From Yuukianura sp. NJ FZ-2021 (lineage: Eukaryota): DNA of 64,000 nt. The translations under genes and the position numbers were made by a program. The notes beneath the pieces are model-generated. The model was not told where the DNA came from. It was given only the letters and a program-made list of their open reading frames with translations, and did no database searches. Location of the stretch: assembly GCA_046563655.1 (NCBI GenBank), contig CM102286.1, positions 12,524,001 to 12,588,000 of the forward strand, given 5' to 3'. Positions 1 through 13,400 of the stretch are shown in pieces. Position 1 is the first letter of the stretch, and the number at the start of each line of letters is the position of its first letter.

Positions 1-127
1 TACGTTAACGACTACGGTTTGTAGTTTGCCAATTTGTGTATCATGTGATTAGGTCCCACTTACCGTCCCAGTTTACTTGGTACAGTAATGATGAAAATTT
101 AACAGCTTGAGAATTTGTGCTTTCCAG

Positions 128-2337
128 GTGAAACTAAGGAAATTGGTATCCCAAACCATCAAATTTTGACACTCTATTCCTATACGAAGCGGAACAAGTT
201 TTATGTGAAAATACAAACAGGCCCAAAGTTTGCGCGGTGGATTAGAGGCGCGTTAAAAATGGACGAAGATCAAAATGGTTTGTGTTACTTCTGTCCAATG
301 CACGGAGGTAAGAAACGATTTGGCATGGAACAACAGATGGATATGCTTTTGAAATTACTGATGATGAGATTTGTTTGATTTGTGTTTTCAGATGAAACAC
401 GGCATCAATTGATGATAATGTTTTCTGACTTTGATGCCTACAAATACGGTGTACTGCATCGTTTATATAAGGAGAAACATAAACCTCTCGGGGAGGTTCC
501 GGAAGATGAAGGTGATACTGATTCCGAAACAGAGGGAGCTCTTGTGAGGGTGGAATGGAAAGGCCATGGTTTAGTTTCAACAGACACAGTTACCTCAAAA
601 GGAATTGTTGCGGAAATTCCAAAAGCCGTGGGCTCTTCAGCAGAAGCCTTGACACAAAGAGCAAGAAGCGTTGTCGATTCTCCAATGGTTAAATTAAATA
701 ATGACGCTGAAACGGCTGGGACTCCGCTTCCACGAGCAGTCCCTGTACGAATGAAATCTGAGCCAGTGGACCCCACACGGAAGTAAGAATACTTAGTTAG
801 TGCTACTGTAGGCATGCTTTTTCTTCACAGTATTAGAAAACTTATGAAAACTCCATGTTCAAATTTCAGGTTGTTCCATTATCCGTTCGTTCCCGTGGAT
901 TCCGACTCCAGTGTGTACACAGATCCTTCCATCACGTTGACATTTGGAGATATTAAGTGTCTGGGCGACACTGAATATCTAAATGATCAGGTCATTGATT
1001 TCTGGATGCGTCATCTCGTGGACCAACTTAGTCCGGAACAGAAGGAGAAAACATATGTCTTCAACACCTTCTTCTATAAAAGACTGACGACGAAACCAAA
1101 TAACAAGCGGAAGTCTCTCAACCACTTTGAATTTGATTCGAAGCTAACATTGGCTGAGAAGCGACATTGCCGGGTCAAAAACTGGACGAAGAAGGTGGAT
1201 ATATTTGAGAAGGATTTTCTCTTCATCCCAATCAATGAGAAGTAATTCACGAATACCTGGCATTATTTTTGTATTTCTTGCAATTAGTAATTGAAGCATG
1301 ATCAAAGCTGGACTTACTAATTGATCAATTTGTGTGTATTTTCCTCAGTGCTCATTGGTTTTTGGCTGTAATTTGCTTTCCTGGAATGGTTCCATTGAGT
1401 ACTGCAACTACAACTGGACGTTCGAAAGTGAAAACTCCTCAAAAGAAAACCCATCCGTCTACTCCTAGTTCAACTCCTGCCGGAGCCGGTATGTACTAAA
1501 TATTTTTAGTAATAGATGTTTGTAGAGTTATTAACACCCTTATAATAACAATTACTAACCAGTTTTTTTACTAATGTATCCAGATAAAAATGGTGATAAT
1601 ACTACCGGGAACGAAACCACAAATGATGACTCTGAGAAAGGTAATACACAAAACCCAGCTTCTCGCTGACTACTAAGTCCACTGCAATTTAGTAATTTTT
1701 AGTTGCGTTAACTTTCATTTGTGCAGATGAAGAAACAACGGAAACCAGTGAAACCCAAACCACTAATACCGAACCAGCCCCAACTCCAACGCCAAAGCGA
1801 GCTGCCAGCACCCTACATCTGCTCGACATCAAGAAACCGTGCATCATACTGTTTGATTCCTTGGGTGAACCTCACTACAACGTCTACAGTACGTTACGCG
1901 ATTACCTTCAAATTGAGCATAACGTAAGTTGCGTCTTGTTTCATTCGTGTCCGGCATTATTAAATAGTAACGTCGGTCGGCTGCGTGAAACTTTGTTGGT
2001 CTGTTGATTTTAGATTCGGAAGGGACCAGATATCAAAGCGTTTAACCGTTTCGTAATGGCGGGGATTATGCCAATCGCTCCTGTTCAAATCAACGGTTGG
2101 GACTGTGGTCTCTTTGTTTTGTCCTACACCGAAGCATTCTTTCAAAATCCCATTACTAACTTCAGTGGTGTGAAAACAATGAAAACGAGGAAGTGGTTCA
2201 CTGAGGAAGAGCCAGCAAACAAGCGCCAGGAGGTGTATGACTTTATCGTTGAGTATGTGCGGACGTATTTCCCGGAAAACTTCCATTTCATCCCGGAAAG
2301 GTCTGTTGTCGATCCAGCAACTCTAGAAGGTTCTTAA
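128..2337 (+). CDS. SENP6/SENP7-like (Ulp2-type) SUMO-specific protease, 3' part; 5' exons lie outside the window
   Basis: Exons inferred from GT-AG sites: 128-307, 392-782, 870-1241, 1349-1488, 1584-1640, 1727-1923, 2014-2337. The spliced product has the Peptidase_C48 motifs [54 protein letters not shown] (catalytic His), PCIILFDSL (Asp) and PVQINGWDCGLFVL (oxyanion Gln, Cys). A low-complexity insert between His and Asp is typical of SENP6/7. Confidence 0.93.
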
Positions 2338-2554
2338 TTACGAAGAAATAAGGTAACGTAAGTTTATGGGATAATTAATTATGTAGGGTATAATGTTAGC
2401 CTCTCATTTGTTTTACAACTATCGAATTTAAGAGAAAGTTGAGCTAGGTTATCTCCAGCAATTTTCAATGAAATAAACCTAATTTACAAAATAAAAGTGT
2501 TATTTATATTCAAATGTTATATCGATGGATTACAATTTATTATTAATTCTATGG

Positions 2555-3239
2555 TTAAGGTGAACTATTGGTATGAAGTGTTGAATCACCTTCTTTATGG
2601 TGAGCTGCAATGTTAGAATCTGTGTAATCTAAGGATTGATTTCTACTTTCAGTTTGCACTTTACGTCGGTTGTCTTCGTCGATGATATACTGAAAGAGTT
2701 CGGTTAAGTTCTTGAACTCAGTACGTCCGCCTTGATTCTTCGAGATTTTAGGGAGTAAGTTTCCGGCGGCTTGTCGAAACTCTTCCATCTGCAAGACACA
2801 AAAACGTATGAAACGGTATTAGCTACTACGGCGCTTGTTGCATAAGCTTGAAGCTTATTTCTAGTTATTTTCAATTTACATTGGAACCACCGATTGCCTT
2901 CCAAATCCCGTAAGAAATTACTCCTACTCCTGTCACAGCGATTACAGATCCCCAACCTAAAGCTCGGAGTGCCAACGAATTTGCTTCCATGTTGAGCATC
3001 ATTGATTGATTTACAATCTTCTCGCTCTTCTTAGCTTTAGTAAAGGCTCTTCCAAATCCGAATAGCATTGAAAATCCAGCGACGGATACCAGAAACATCC
3101 CACCTATCAAAATCATAAATAAAATTTAGTTTCAATCTCACAACTGCCAAGTACAATTGTGCATTGAGAAAAACTTACTGAGAAGACGATCCGCAGTCGA
3201 TTGTTTCTGGGGTTTTTCGTTTGGACTTGGTTCAGACAT
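2555..3239 (-). CDS. TMEM242: Transmembrane protein 242 (mitochondrial ATP synthase c-ring assembly factor), about 172 aa
   Basis: Exons 3239-3179, 3103-2880, 2788-2555. Contains ANSLALRALGWGSVIAVTGVGVISYGIWKAIG...MEEFR, which matches the TMEM242 signature SLALRALGWGS...GVGVIS..WKA.G. Confidence 0.9.
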
Positions 3240-4446
3240 AATTAATTATGAATAAATTGAGCGAACTGTCATTAACTTGATCAATCAAACCTAAACAACA
3301 TAAATGTTAAACGTTATTCACTGCCATTGACACCTTGTCATTTAATAAAATCCTGCATTAATTAGTCGACTGTACAAATAATTCTGTTCTGATTAATTCA
3401 GGCTTCCAAAAAAAAAAAATTACACTGTACTATTGTCTTACTATCTTAGTAAGTAGTGGACTGTTCGATGTCCCGCGTTTCCAATGTATTGCTTTTTCGA
3501 ATCAATTTCTATAGTATCACTTTACCCCAACTCAAGCCCTCCTAAGGCTGGTCAGATATCCACGCCGACCAGAGAGCCGGCAAATTCAAAATTCTTCCTC
3601 TATTCATATCTTTGTCTCGTATAGAGGATTAGAAACCTGAATTTATAGAGCTGTCAAGTTTAACACACCGATTTGAACTTTAAATTTTGAAGTTGAATTT
3701 CTCTTGCGCGCGGGCTCGCTCATTTAAAAACAAGGAATGCCTTATTCTGTGTATCAACATTTCTTGGATTGTTTTTTATTCATAACTATACTTAATTGTG
3801 CGTTGACTGCCGTACAAACTTAAAAATGTTTTACCAAGTTTATGGTTGGTAAATTACGTGCAATATACACGGCGTTCATGGAGTTGTTAATCTTTGTGAA
3901 TTAACTTTGTACAATTATAATTTGTGAATGTGATGGGACTTGTATAAAAAAAAGTGCTGTACGCTAAGATATTTAATTCCTAAAAACCTACTTTGCTAAA
4001 AACTAAATTATTTTTTTAACCAATTTACTTTTCAACAATGTTAAAGCTTGTAACGGTGGTATAGTTAACTAACTACAATTAGTTTAAACTAAACACGGAT
4101 AAAATAGGAGGTAGAAATCTGGTTGAACACAAACAAAAATTAAGAATTAAAAACAAACGTTTGAGCAATACGAGCTACACAAATTTACAAATGAATACCA
4201 CACGGTAAACAATGTCAGTAGTTTGAGATGAGAACTAAAACAATTACATGTCCTTAAATATTTGATACATTGTAATATATTTAAATAAGTTACGTAATTA
4301 TTTACATTTACATTTTATTGTCGAATGTCTTGATTGGAGCAGTTCTTATAACTCGTTATGAGTATATTATACAGGAAACAATTTCAGTGAGTAATTGACG
4401 AGAGATCATGAAGTAGAACTTTTGTGTAGCAAAAGGTCAAAGGTCA

Positions 4447-7400
4447 CTACACAAACGATATGTGTCTTGTTTTTCTTTTGCTATAATTACTCTGACTACT
4501 GCCATCATAGTGTGACTGTGAGCCCTTACCAACCGAAGGACTGTCATAGTCGTAGTCATAGTAAGGCCTACCCTTAGAATCTGGCGTACAATTCAAATGT
4601 GACCTGAACCCGCCATCTTCGTCATCTGACGGTGTTCTGGACATGTTGACTGACTTGAGTCCAGAATTCTGGAAGTGATTGTATCCATGATGAACTGGGT
4701 GACAAGGAACTGTACTTCCAGATTCAGATGGTTTGGAATGATTCGAATCAACTGAACTGGAATCAGGGTGACTCAAAGTAGGCAGATGATGATTCGTCGA
4801 AACATAGAGATCTCTGTAAATTGAATTTCCATCGTCTTGTCTAAGCGCAGGAGAGCAAAGAGCAGAAGCGGGAATATATGAACTGTTGTCATTAAAATAT
4901 CCTGGTCGAAGGTCATTTTGTTTCTGGTGACAAGCTACTGGCGAATCTGTTTCGTTTTCCCAGCAACATTTGATTCCTTCACCCGACTTTGAAGCATCCG
5001 ATTTTCCATTTTCTAAATAAATTGTTTGATATGCTGGAGGTCCGTTTTCTGGAGCTTTGGTTTTGTTTCGTTTGACGCAAACGAGAATTATGACACACGT
5101 TGATAATAAAATCAGAAGCGTTCCGGTTCCACCAATGATAATATACAGTTCGAGTTCGCTTAGACCTCGAAACCAAGTGGCGCTTGCTTGAAGCAAATTT
5201 TCGTCATTTTGGTGCGAAAGTGACCTGTACGAGGTCAAGTTGTACACTAAAGCGTCATCTTCCCATGCGTCGACAATGGTGACAGTGGATGTTGGTTGTT
5301 CTTTGATTAAAACCGAAACTAAATTTGAAACTTTTCCGCGGTTTCCGCCGTTGTCGATTGAAACAATTCCGTAGAAGAATACTTCGTTTGCCCACGGAAC
5401 GCCGACGGTGCAGCTCTGCCGAGTTCCAAATTCTTCTGGAACGGGAGTTAAAGAATTGTGGACTAAAATTCCTTGGGTAGCAAAGTTGTCACTGGTCAAA
5501 GCATCCCTTGAAGTGTAGCATCGAATTTCATATCGAGACGCTAAAATTTGAACACAATTTTTTAGAAATTCATGTATTGAAATGAGATTTTTTTAAAAAT
5601 TGAAACATTTTTTTCCTGAAAATTCGGTTCTTTACCTTTGCCTTTGTCAAAGTCTCCACCGGGAGATGTCCAGCTTAATTTTAGTTCAGATGAAGATTCA
5701 ATTGTTCGGTCAACTCGCAGGTCAGTGATGCGACTAGGTGGATAAGGATCTTCTCCAAAACCAATTCCATTTACAATTTGAAACGACGGCGCAACAACTC
5801 TGCGCATAAAGGCTCCCATAGGAGTCGTAGAAATATGTGGAACGCTACTACCGCAACAGGACGCTTCTCCTGCAAAATATAAAATGTCGTATTTTAAAAT
5901 TAAAAAAAAAGTTAGGTTTTAACATAGGTTAAGTTATGTCTAGCATTTAAGATTTAGGCATATAAAAATGCTTACCTAGATTTCCAGCAGTAATATTCGT
6001 GTGAATAGGAACGACAGCTTGACCTTTGTTGTTGTCAACATATCCAGAAAGTGTCAGAAATCCGGGAGTGGAGCCCAACTGGGTAAAATAGGCCGAGTAA
6101 ATCCCATCTCCAGAAGTGATATCTGGATCTATTTAAAAAAAAAGAATGATTGAAAATGTTTTTATATTTTCAATTTTTTGGGATTTAAATTTTTCGAAGT
6201 TTTAAAAATTTACCTCCACTGCCGGTGTCAAACAATCGAATGGTGATTGACTTTGGTTCGTTGAGCTTCCCGGGTAAGGTAATTGTAGCAGTCACGTTTG
6301 CATTAAGCACTGGAAGTTCCCTTTGCATAACTTCAGCATAAATTCGAACAATTTCTGTCGCAGTGACATTGGGACTTGTCAATTCTGGACGCATAAGATG
6401 AGCCCAAAATCGCACCGAGACAGCCTCACTTTTTCGTAGTTCCGTAAGAACATCGATGCTCACTGGTCGCGGAGCTTGGTTTTGGTAAAAGTTGATTATG
6501 TATTTCCAAACGCCACCCTGAAAAAAAATTATGAAAAAAGTTTATATTAAACTTTCATTAATTGAAGTTAAGACATTCATTAATCAAACATAATGCAGTT
6601 CAGAATAGCATTTTCAACAATTGAAAAATTTCACCTCAGCTACTCCAGGGATTTTGATGAAAACGAGTCCTTCTGCGTGGAGGGCCAATTCAAATTCTTT
6701 TCCACTTGGACTTATTAGTTGTAGACCATCAACGTCCCCAATTTCCTCAGTCGAAATTGTCACCCATGTATTTCTGCCTAGACTGTCCTCCATTAGGAAC
6801 TGTCCCTGTGCTTGCCACTCTTTGTTTGGCCACTTTAGAGTTTGATGAACCTATTTGGACACAGCACAAAGAACCCATTTTGCTCAAAAATGGAATGATA
6901 TGTGTGTCTTCCCGCCGTGCACAAATGCTTCTTACATTGTTAACTCCATAAGTAGAAAAAGTAAACACAAAATGCTTCTGAAAAGTTACCTTGATCAACG
7001 ACGTGCTCGTGGCTTCTGTGACCGTTTGCAGAAAAATGTCATTTAAAATATCGTTTTGCTCCAAACTTGATGGGAACTGAGTTTCTGGAATCCTGTAGAG
7101 TGACGTATAGAGTGGCAAGTTCAGTTGGCCAACATTTTCAAAGTCATCAGCATAAGTAATTAGAACAAGTTTGAGTGGTTTGGACTGCAGAAGGTCATTG
7201 ACTTTCACCAATTCTCTCAACAGTTCATCTGCTGGAGATGCGTTGACCAAAACCAGAGTAGTTGGACCACCTCCGTTGTCCGATTTGATGAGCTAAAATT
7301 CGAAAAAATTTATTTAAAAAATGTTTTCTACGTAAAACTAATTAGTTTTTAAACTTAAGATCATCTTGATGAGAAATTTTGGAGGTGTTGAGGTATGAAA

Positions 7401-10400
7401 TTTTTACCTTTAGAGCATCTCTTACAGCACATGAGATACAGGATGACGTGGACTCTTTGAGTGGTTTCAATGGAATCCTTCCGTGAAGATGATCTCGATT
7501 GTGTGTTCCGGTAATTGAAAGTGGGAGACTAATTGTTGTAGTATTCGTGTACGAGATGAGACCAAGTTCTACACCACTTGGAATGTAGTGGAACAGTCTG
7601 TACAATGTCTGTCTCAAATTACCCCACCGATTCTAACAAAAAGAGAATCAAAAAATCAAATGTAGCGTGTTTCAAAAAAGTGTTTTGGAACAATTTTGAA
7701 GACTTGTCATAATTTTCAATTAGATTTGGTTCTTTTCAAAAAAATATTTTCATGGAGGGGGTTCTGATTCTTACATTCTGATTCATTGTTCTACTTCTGT
7801 CCAAAAGAAAAATCATTTTGTGAGAATTGGAAGTCGTGTAGGAAAATTGAATCGCTGGAGGATGAGTCAGATCGACTTTGGAGCGAATCGGTGAAGCCGA
7901 TGATGAGCGTGCGTCGCCATGATCATTTCTGTTCAAAACAAGAAAAAAAAAGTTAACAGTTTACAAATTTTGAATTTCTTCTAAATTCAAAGATTTTTGA
8001 ATCGAATTTTGGTAAGTTGTTCTTACAAGTTTTCAAAATCCGCGTGTTTTTTCAAAACTTCCCAAACGGATTGTCCATCACATAGGAAGTTATGCTTCGT
8101 AGGGGTTGTTCGAACGTGGGTTTTTTCGTTACAGAGTTCAATTCCCTTTAAGAACAAAATAAATGACACCAAAAGTTGAAAAAACCAGTTGAAAGTGATA
8201 CGGTTTCTGGCACATCCATTGTGAAACTTAATTCTTTCAAACTTAAATTGCAAAAAAGTCAACTTAGTTCACGCCTAGAAATTGAGACTAAGGTGTTGAG
8301 CATAGTTAAACCTTTAAGGTAGTTACTTCATTCTATAAAAATTGAACTTTGGAGAGTTAAGTGCTGCATAAATTTTGGAAATGTTGCTAATCACTTCACT
8401 TTTTTTTTTGAAATGTTTTGTATTTAGTTACCTCTGACTCTAGGGGAAGTGACATGAGTGATAACTTTTGCGTGTTCTTGTCTGAATCACATTCAGTGGA
8501 ACTGGAGTTGTTTGAGCAAGTTCTGAAAATAATTGGAAACATAATTATAGTGGAATTAGCTTGGAGGCTGGATGCATGACTTTCTTCAAAAAAAGAAAAA
8601 AAAAAGTACTTTTTTCAAAAAAGGAGTAAGGTTAAGCTAACTGGACCAGAAAAAAGTTGGGTAAATTTCAAGGTTTTTTCACGGTTTCGTACCTGTTGAG
8701 GTGACACACCGTGCTGGCCATTTTCATACTTTCACCATTTCCATTTTGCATATGTTCCGCTGGATACTTTTCGTCATGTGCAAAACCATTTTCTTCAAAA
8801 ATGCCATAACGTGTCTTCAGCCATTCACGAAGGAGTAATCGAGCTATGAAATGAAAAAATATGAAAAAAATTGTTGAAAAAACTAAGGTACAATTAATCG
8901 CTACTGTCGTTTTGAAAAGCCTAACAATTTTTCTTCCCAAGCTAACTACCAAACTAAACTCATAAAACTGTATCAAAAAATCGTTCCAGTTGAGATGGTC
9001 TCATAATTAAATGAACTGGTAGAGAAAAGTGGTTCTCTGATTTTGTTGTTTACTTTTACACGTAAACTTTAAGATGGCTATCGTCATAAAATCTTAGTCA
9101 TGCAAAGTCTGAGAGCGCGTTTTTTTTCAAAAACCGGAATTAGTCATATCAAGTACTGCGTATAGTAGTAGTTACCTCGAACGTCCAAATTTTGGTTGGA
9201 TTCTCCCACGAAAGTCAGAGGCAGAGAAATTTTGGATCCAGGAACCCCGCATGCGCCGTACTGAACTGTCCACGGTTTATCATGAAACAAAGGATGGTCT
9301 GGTATGAGCATCATGTCGGCTGAAGTTGACGTTTCGAAATTTGCTGCCGTAATTTCTTTGTCGGTGCAATTTTGATTGGTCCAATTCGGTGGCAGCAGAA
9401 GTGAAATTTGGCGAAAGTAACTTTCACCTTTGGTGGCTCGGAACAAATATTCGGATGTGCGTTGCAGCAGTTCCTGAAATAATTCAAAATTGTTACTATT
9501 TGAAAAACTGATAATAAAAAACAAACTTAAAATTGAAACTTAAAACTTAAAATTTCCATAAACTTTACAGTTTTTTTTCCTTTGTGTTTTATGGTCTGAC
9601 AATTGAAATGTCTGGAGGTGTGAAAATTGGAGCAAAGGTGTGATACCAATTAAGAGATGAATTGAGAAGATTTAGCCCTGTGATTATCGTACCATCAGTG
9701 CCAAAATATCTTTGGACATTTGCCAATTTCCTGTTCAATACAATAGAAGATGACCTAACGGAACAAGAATGTTTATGGGTGGAGTCTCGAAATACAAAAA
9801 GACATTTAGCCTAGCCTAATCTTCATGTGGTATGTGGTCCATGATACTTAAATTGGCATATAGCTTTTTTTTAGTCACCACTTGAAAGATGATCGTGACG
9901 GTCAGATTGAATTTGTGATCATGTAAACTCACAATTGATATTTTCTTATTGACTCATGATGATTCCTGATAAATTTTCTAAATCTGATTCACTCTGGTCT
10001 CTGCTCGGGTAGAACTTTACTAACAAACGCGCATATCCATCTGCCGATTCTTTTTACGATTTGACAACCATTTACATCGACTTTTGTCAAAAGGTAACGC
10101 ATCCATTGTGTTTTCCAACTTTTAAAATGTATGCACATGCCTAGCCTAACATTTCTCACTAGTCACCGTATGTCGAATCACCATCATCAGCAAAGTAAAA
10201 GTTTATTCCAAATGGATGTCACTAGCAATAAGCAATCGTTCTAAAGCCAAGAATATCCAGCTTAATACTTCCTCAATAGAAAGTTTTAGAAAAAATGTCC
10301 TTTCCTTTTTCTAGAGCTTAGTCGTGCCAAATGAACAGTTTAGAAGCTTAAGGGAGCTTGAAAAATTTCAATTGTTGGAAAAGGGGCCCTGCAGCTTCAA

Positions 10401-13400
10401 AAAACTGAAAAGGTTCCCCGTTTCAAAAACCTTTTAAAATCTTAAACTTTTTAAAATTTAACTTTAACGACCATTCGTAAAGTAACGTTAACTTCCATCA
10501 TCATTAGGACAACAATAAACATCACAGTTGACCTGTGCCTTGCACATTCATGCTGAAACACAACATGACAACATTCGACCTGCGCATGAGCATTTCAGAG
10601 CAAGCACTTAAGGTGAGACAGAAACGTGATGTTTTTAAGGTCTTTGGACTTTTAAATGTCAAGGTTGAATTTATGTCTTCCCAAACAGAAGCTCCGCCCC
10701 TTAAGGACAAGCCCTTAAGTGCCAATCTGGAGGGACTTTTTGAATAACGTGAAAATTAGCTACGGGCAGCATCAAATCTTCTTTGGAATCCTCCGCACTA
10801 AAGCCTCCCCGTGGCTTCTAATTAAGTTCCGAGTACTAAAAATGAACCTGGTGATGAAATTGCGCGAAAGTTCGAAAGTAAGATGTCTGAATTTGAAGCT
10901 GAAGCATCTTTTGTACCTCACCAACCTGCAGGTAGTTATCTTCGAAGCTCTGCGTAAAGACAATGCCAATTCGTAGAAGGATAAGCCAAAGGTATTTAAA
11001 TGACTTCTGAGAATGGCTCTGTCGAGCCAAGGCAATAAGCTCTGGGTAAGGGCCCTCGCCCAGTATGACACTTAACAATTAAGGACGTTAATCAAAAACG
11101 AAAGCCCGTGCTGGGGGCAGAGTCGTATAAGGGCCTCCAATTGTTTTTGAAAATCCTAAGGGCTCTTCATTTTTAAGTCCAGCAGGGCTCCCTTAGGCCT
11201 CCAAGTGTTCTAATTGTCCCTGGCCAAGGATCCCTCCGAAGTCTCTTTCTGACTTCCTGGAGTGCTAACTAATTCTCTGCTCTTTCTGAAATTCTCTGAA
11301 TATGGGCACCAACTGTATTACATTTTCGTATCTTTTTTTGAAAAATGGAAAAGAGGCAACTTTATGTTCAGTTTTGGGCATTTTCTCAGCAAGATCCCTT
11401 GACACCACCAGCTAAGGGCCCCCCTTCCTCTGCCACTATATTTTTTTTCAAAAAACTTTTTCTTTTTCAAAAAAGTAAGGGTACTGTTCAACTTTCGAAG
11501 GCTTGGTAACATCAGGAAGACGGAAGATGCCTTGGCCACCACAAATGGCTTGAAGATGAGGTCTCGCTATGGAGTTAAAAATGATTTAGAGATTCGGAGT
11601 TAGTAGGATTTCAAAAAATCTTTTAAAAAAACTTTTTTGAAATACAAAAACACAGCAAGAGTTTTTTCAAATGTTCTTTTCTGTCATTGTTATTTTTATC
11701 GACTACGCTCAACTCCAAACTGTAACTTCCCTTACCGTTTTTTTTTATATCAAAATTTCAAAAAAGTATATTTTTCTTTCAACTTTCTATTCAAGTACTT
11801 GTGCTCAAGTGGAAATTAGTCTGTTGAGGTTTACCTCATGCCATTACGTACAAATTGGTCTACTGAACTTATGGCGTTATTTTAAATTACTTTTTCTGTG
11901 GTTGAAGTGCATATGGTTTTATTTCCGCTTTTAATAGAAATCAAATTTAGAAAGCAAAAAAAAAAACTTTAAAGGAAAACGAAAAGGGTTTTGGTTCAAA
12001 AGATTCTTCAATTTTTCAAAGTTTTAGTTTTTACCAAATTTTTGTTTCACAAATTTTCTTCCTGGCTGGAACTGACATAACAAGCCCTTATTGGCTGTTT
12101 GAGGTGTCAAAATTCCTAATTGCGGTTTTTCATTTTTTTTTTGAAAATTTGTACGAAGCATAAATTCACACCCATAGAAGCAGAGAGAATTGGAAATAAT
12201 GTGTCAGAGTGAAAATACGGGAAAGGAACAATGGCTTATTCTGTGAAGGTTTTCAGCTCCTGCTGTGCAGTAGAGGCATACATCATATTCATTGGATCCA
12301 AACTTAGGAAGAAACTTCATCTCTCTCTTCCCTTTTCAAAATTTACCATAAATCTAAATGAGGATAAAAATCTCTTTTTCAAAAAACAGTTTTTTAAGAG
12401 TTAGGGTAAAGGAACATGCGGGTGACAAGAAGAAACACTTTTCATTTCAAAGAGAAACCACAAGATTCAGAACCAAAATAAAAGTCTCATATTTTTAAGC
12501 TGGTTAAAAAAAGTTTTAGAAAAAGAAGCTTTCCTTTGTACAACTTCCGCAAAGATGCAACAGATGAAGATCTGAAAACGGGTTTCTTAAGTCCTCTGCT
12601 GAGTCCTTGGAATCTGTTCCAAACAAGGACACGTTACTAAATGGTCCATTTCATCTTCATGTGAATTGGATTAAGAAATAAGGGCTCCCACATTGGACAT
12701 CCGGCCCTTTATGGTTTTAGTCCAAGGGACCCCCAGCATCAATTCATCTTTTCCTTTGGATGAACCGGGAGGCGGGAGAGGATGTTGAACTTTCATTCAA
12801 AATTTCGAAATCTGACCCTTACGTGACCTAATACACTCAAAGTGGCCCACCCTTATTCAATTCATAATCCAGAGGAAACGTAAACGGTAACCTACTCTTT
12901 GCTGGAATTGTGCGACTGCGCAGTTGTGCAACTGCATTTTGAAATGTGGGATGAAGATACCAGCTTTTAAAAATGAAATTTTAGATTTCCGTTGCGTTGA
13001 AACGGACAATGAACCGGATTGGATCGTGGACAATGTTTTTTGGGTTAAAAAAGTGCATGGAACACTTGGACGAAAGATGAACCAATTTCCGGTTTGGCTT
13101 GCAGCCTTTCCTCGCAGCAATTTTTTTGTAGAAAATTTTGTGCCAAATGTATTTTCTGTAGTACATTAAATACATAATATACATAATAAGTTATAATACA
13201 ATATATTTTATGTGTTTTTGTTTCTGTACCTTTGAAAAAAAATTCACGGAGGTGAAAGTTTTTAAAAATTGGAAAAAATGAAGATAGCAAAAACACTTTT
13301 TATAAATTGTTTTTTTTTAAAATTGTGATGTATTTGGGTGTTGATAGCTTCGTTGATGTTAACAAAAGAAGAAGTTAAGTTAAGTGAAACACAATAACTT

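Noticed and set aside
242..815. Minus-strand ORFs opposite SENP exons (and similar shadow ORFs opposite other genes)
   Set aside because: They are antisense shadows of real coding exons.
10500..11080. Possible nested gene in the CLCA intron (protein-like fragment KNEPGDEIARKFESKMSEFEAE and overlapping ORFs)
   Set aside because: Frames are interrupted by stops, there is no consistent splice path, and no family is recognisable.
12857..13296. Cluster of overlapping short ORFs with Cys/Trp-rich translations
   Set aside because: No coherent exon structure or identifiable domain.
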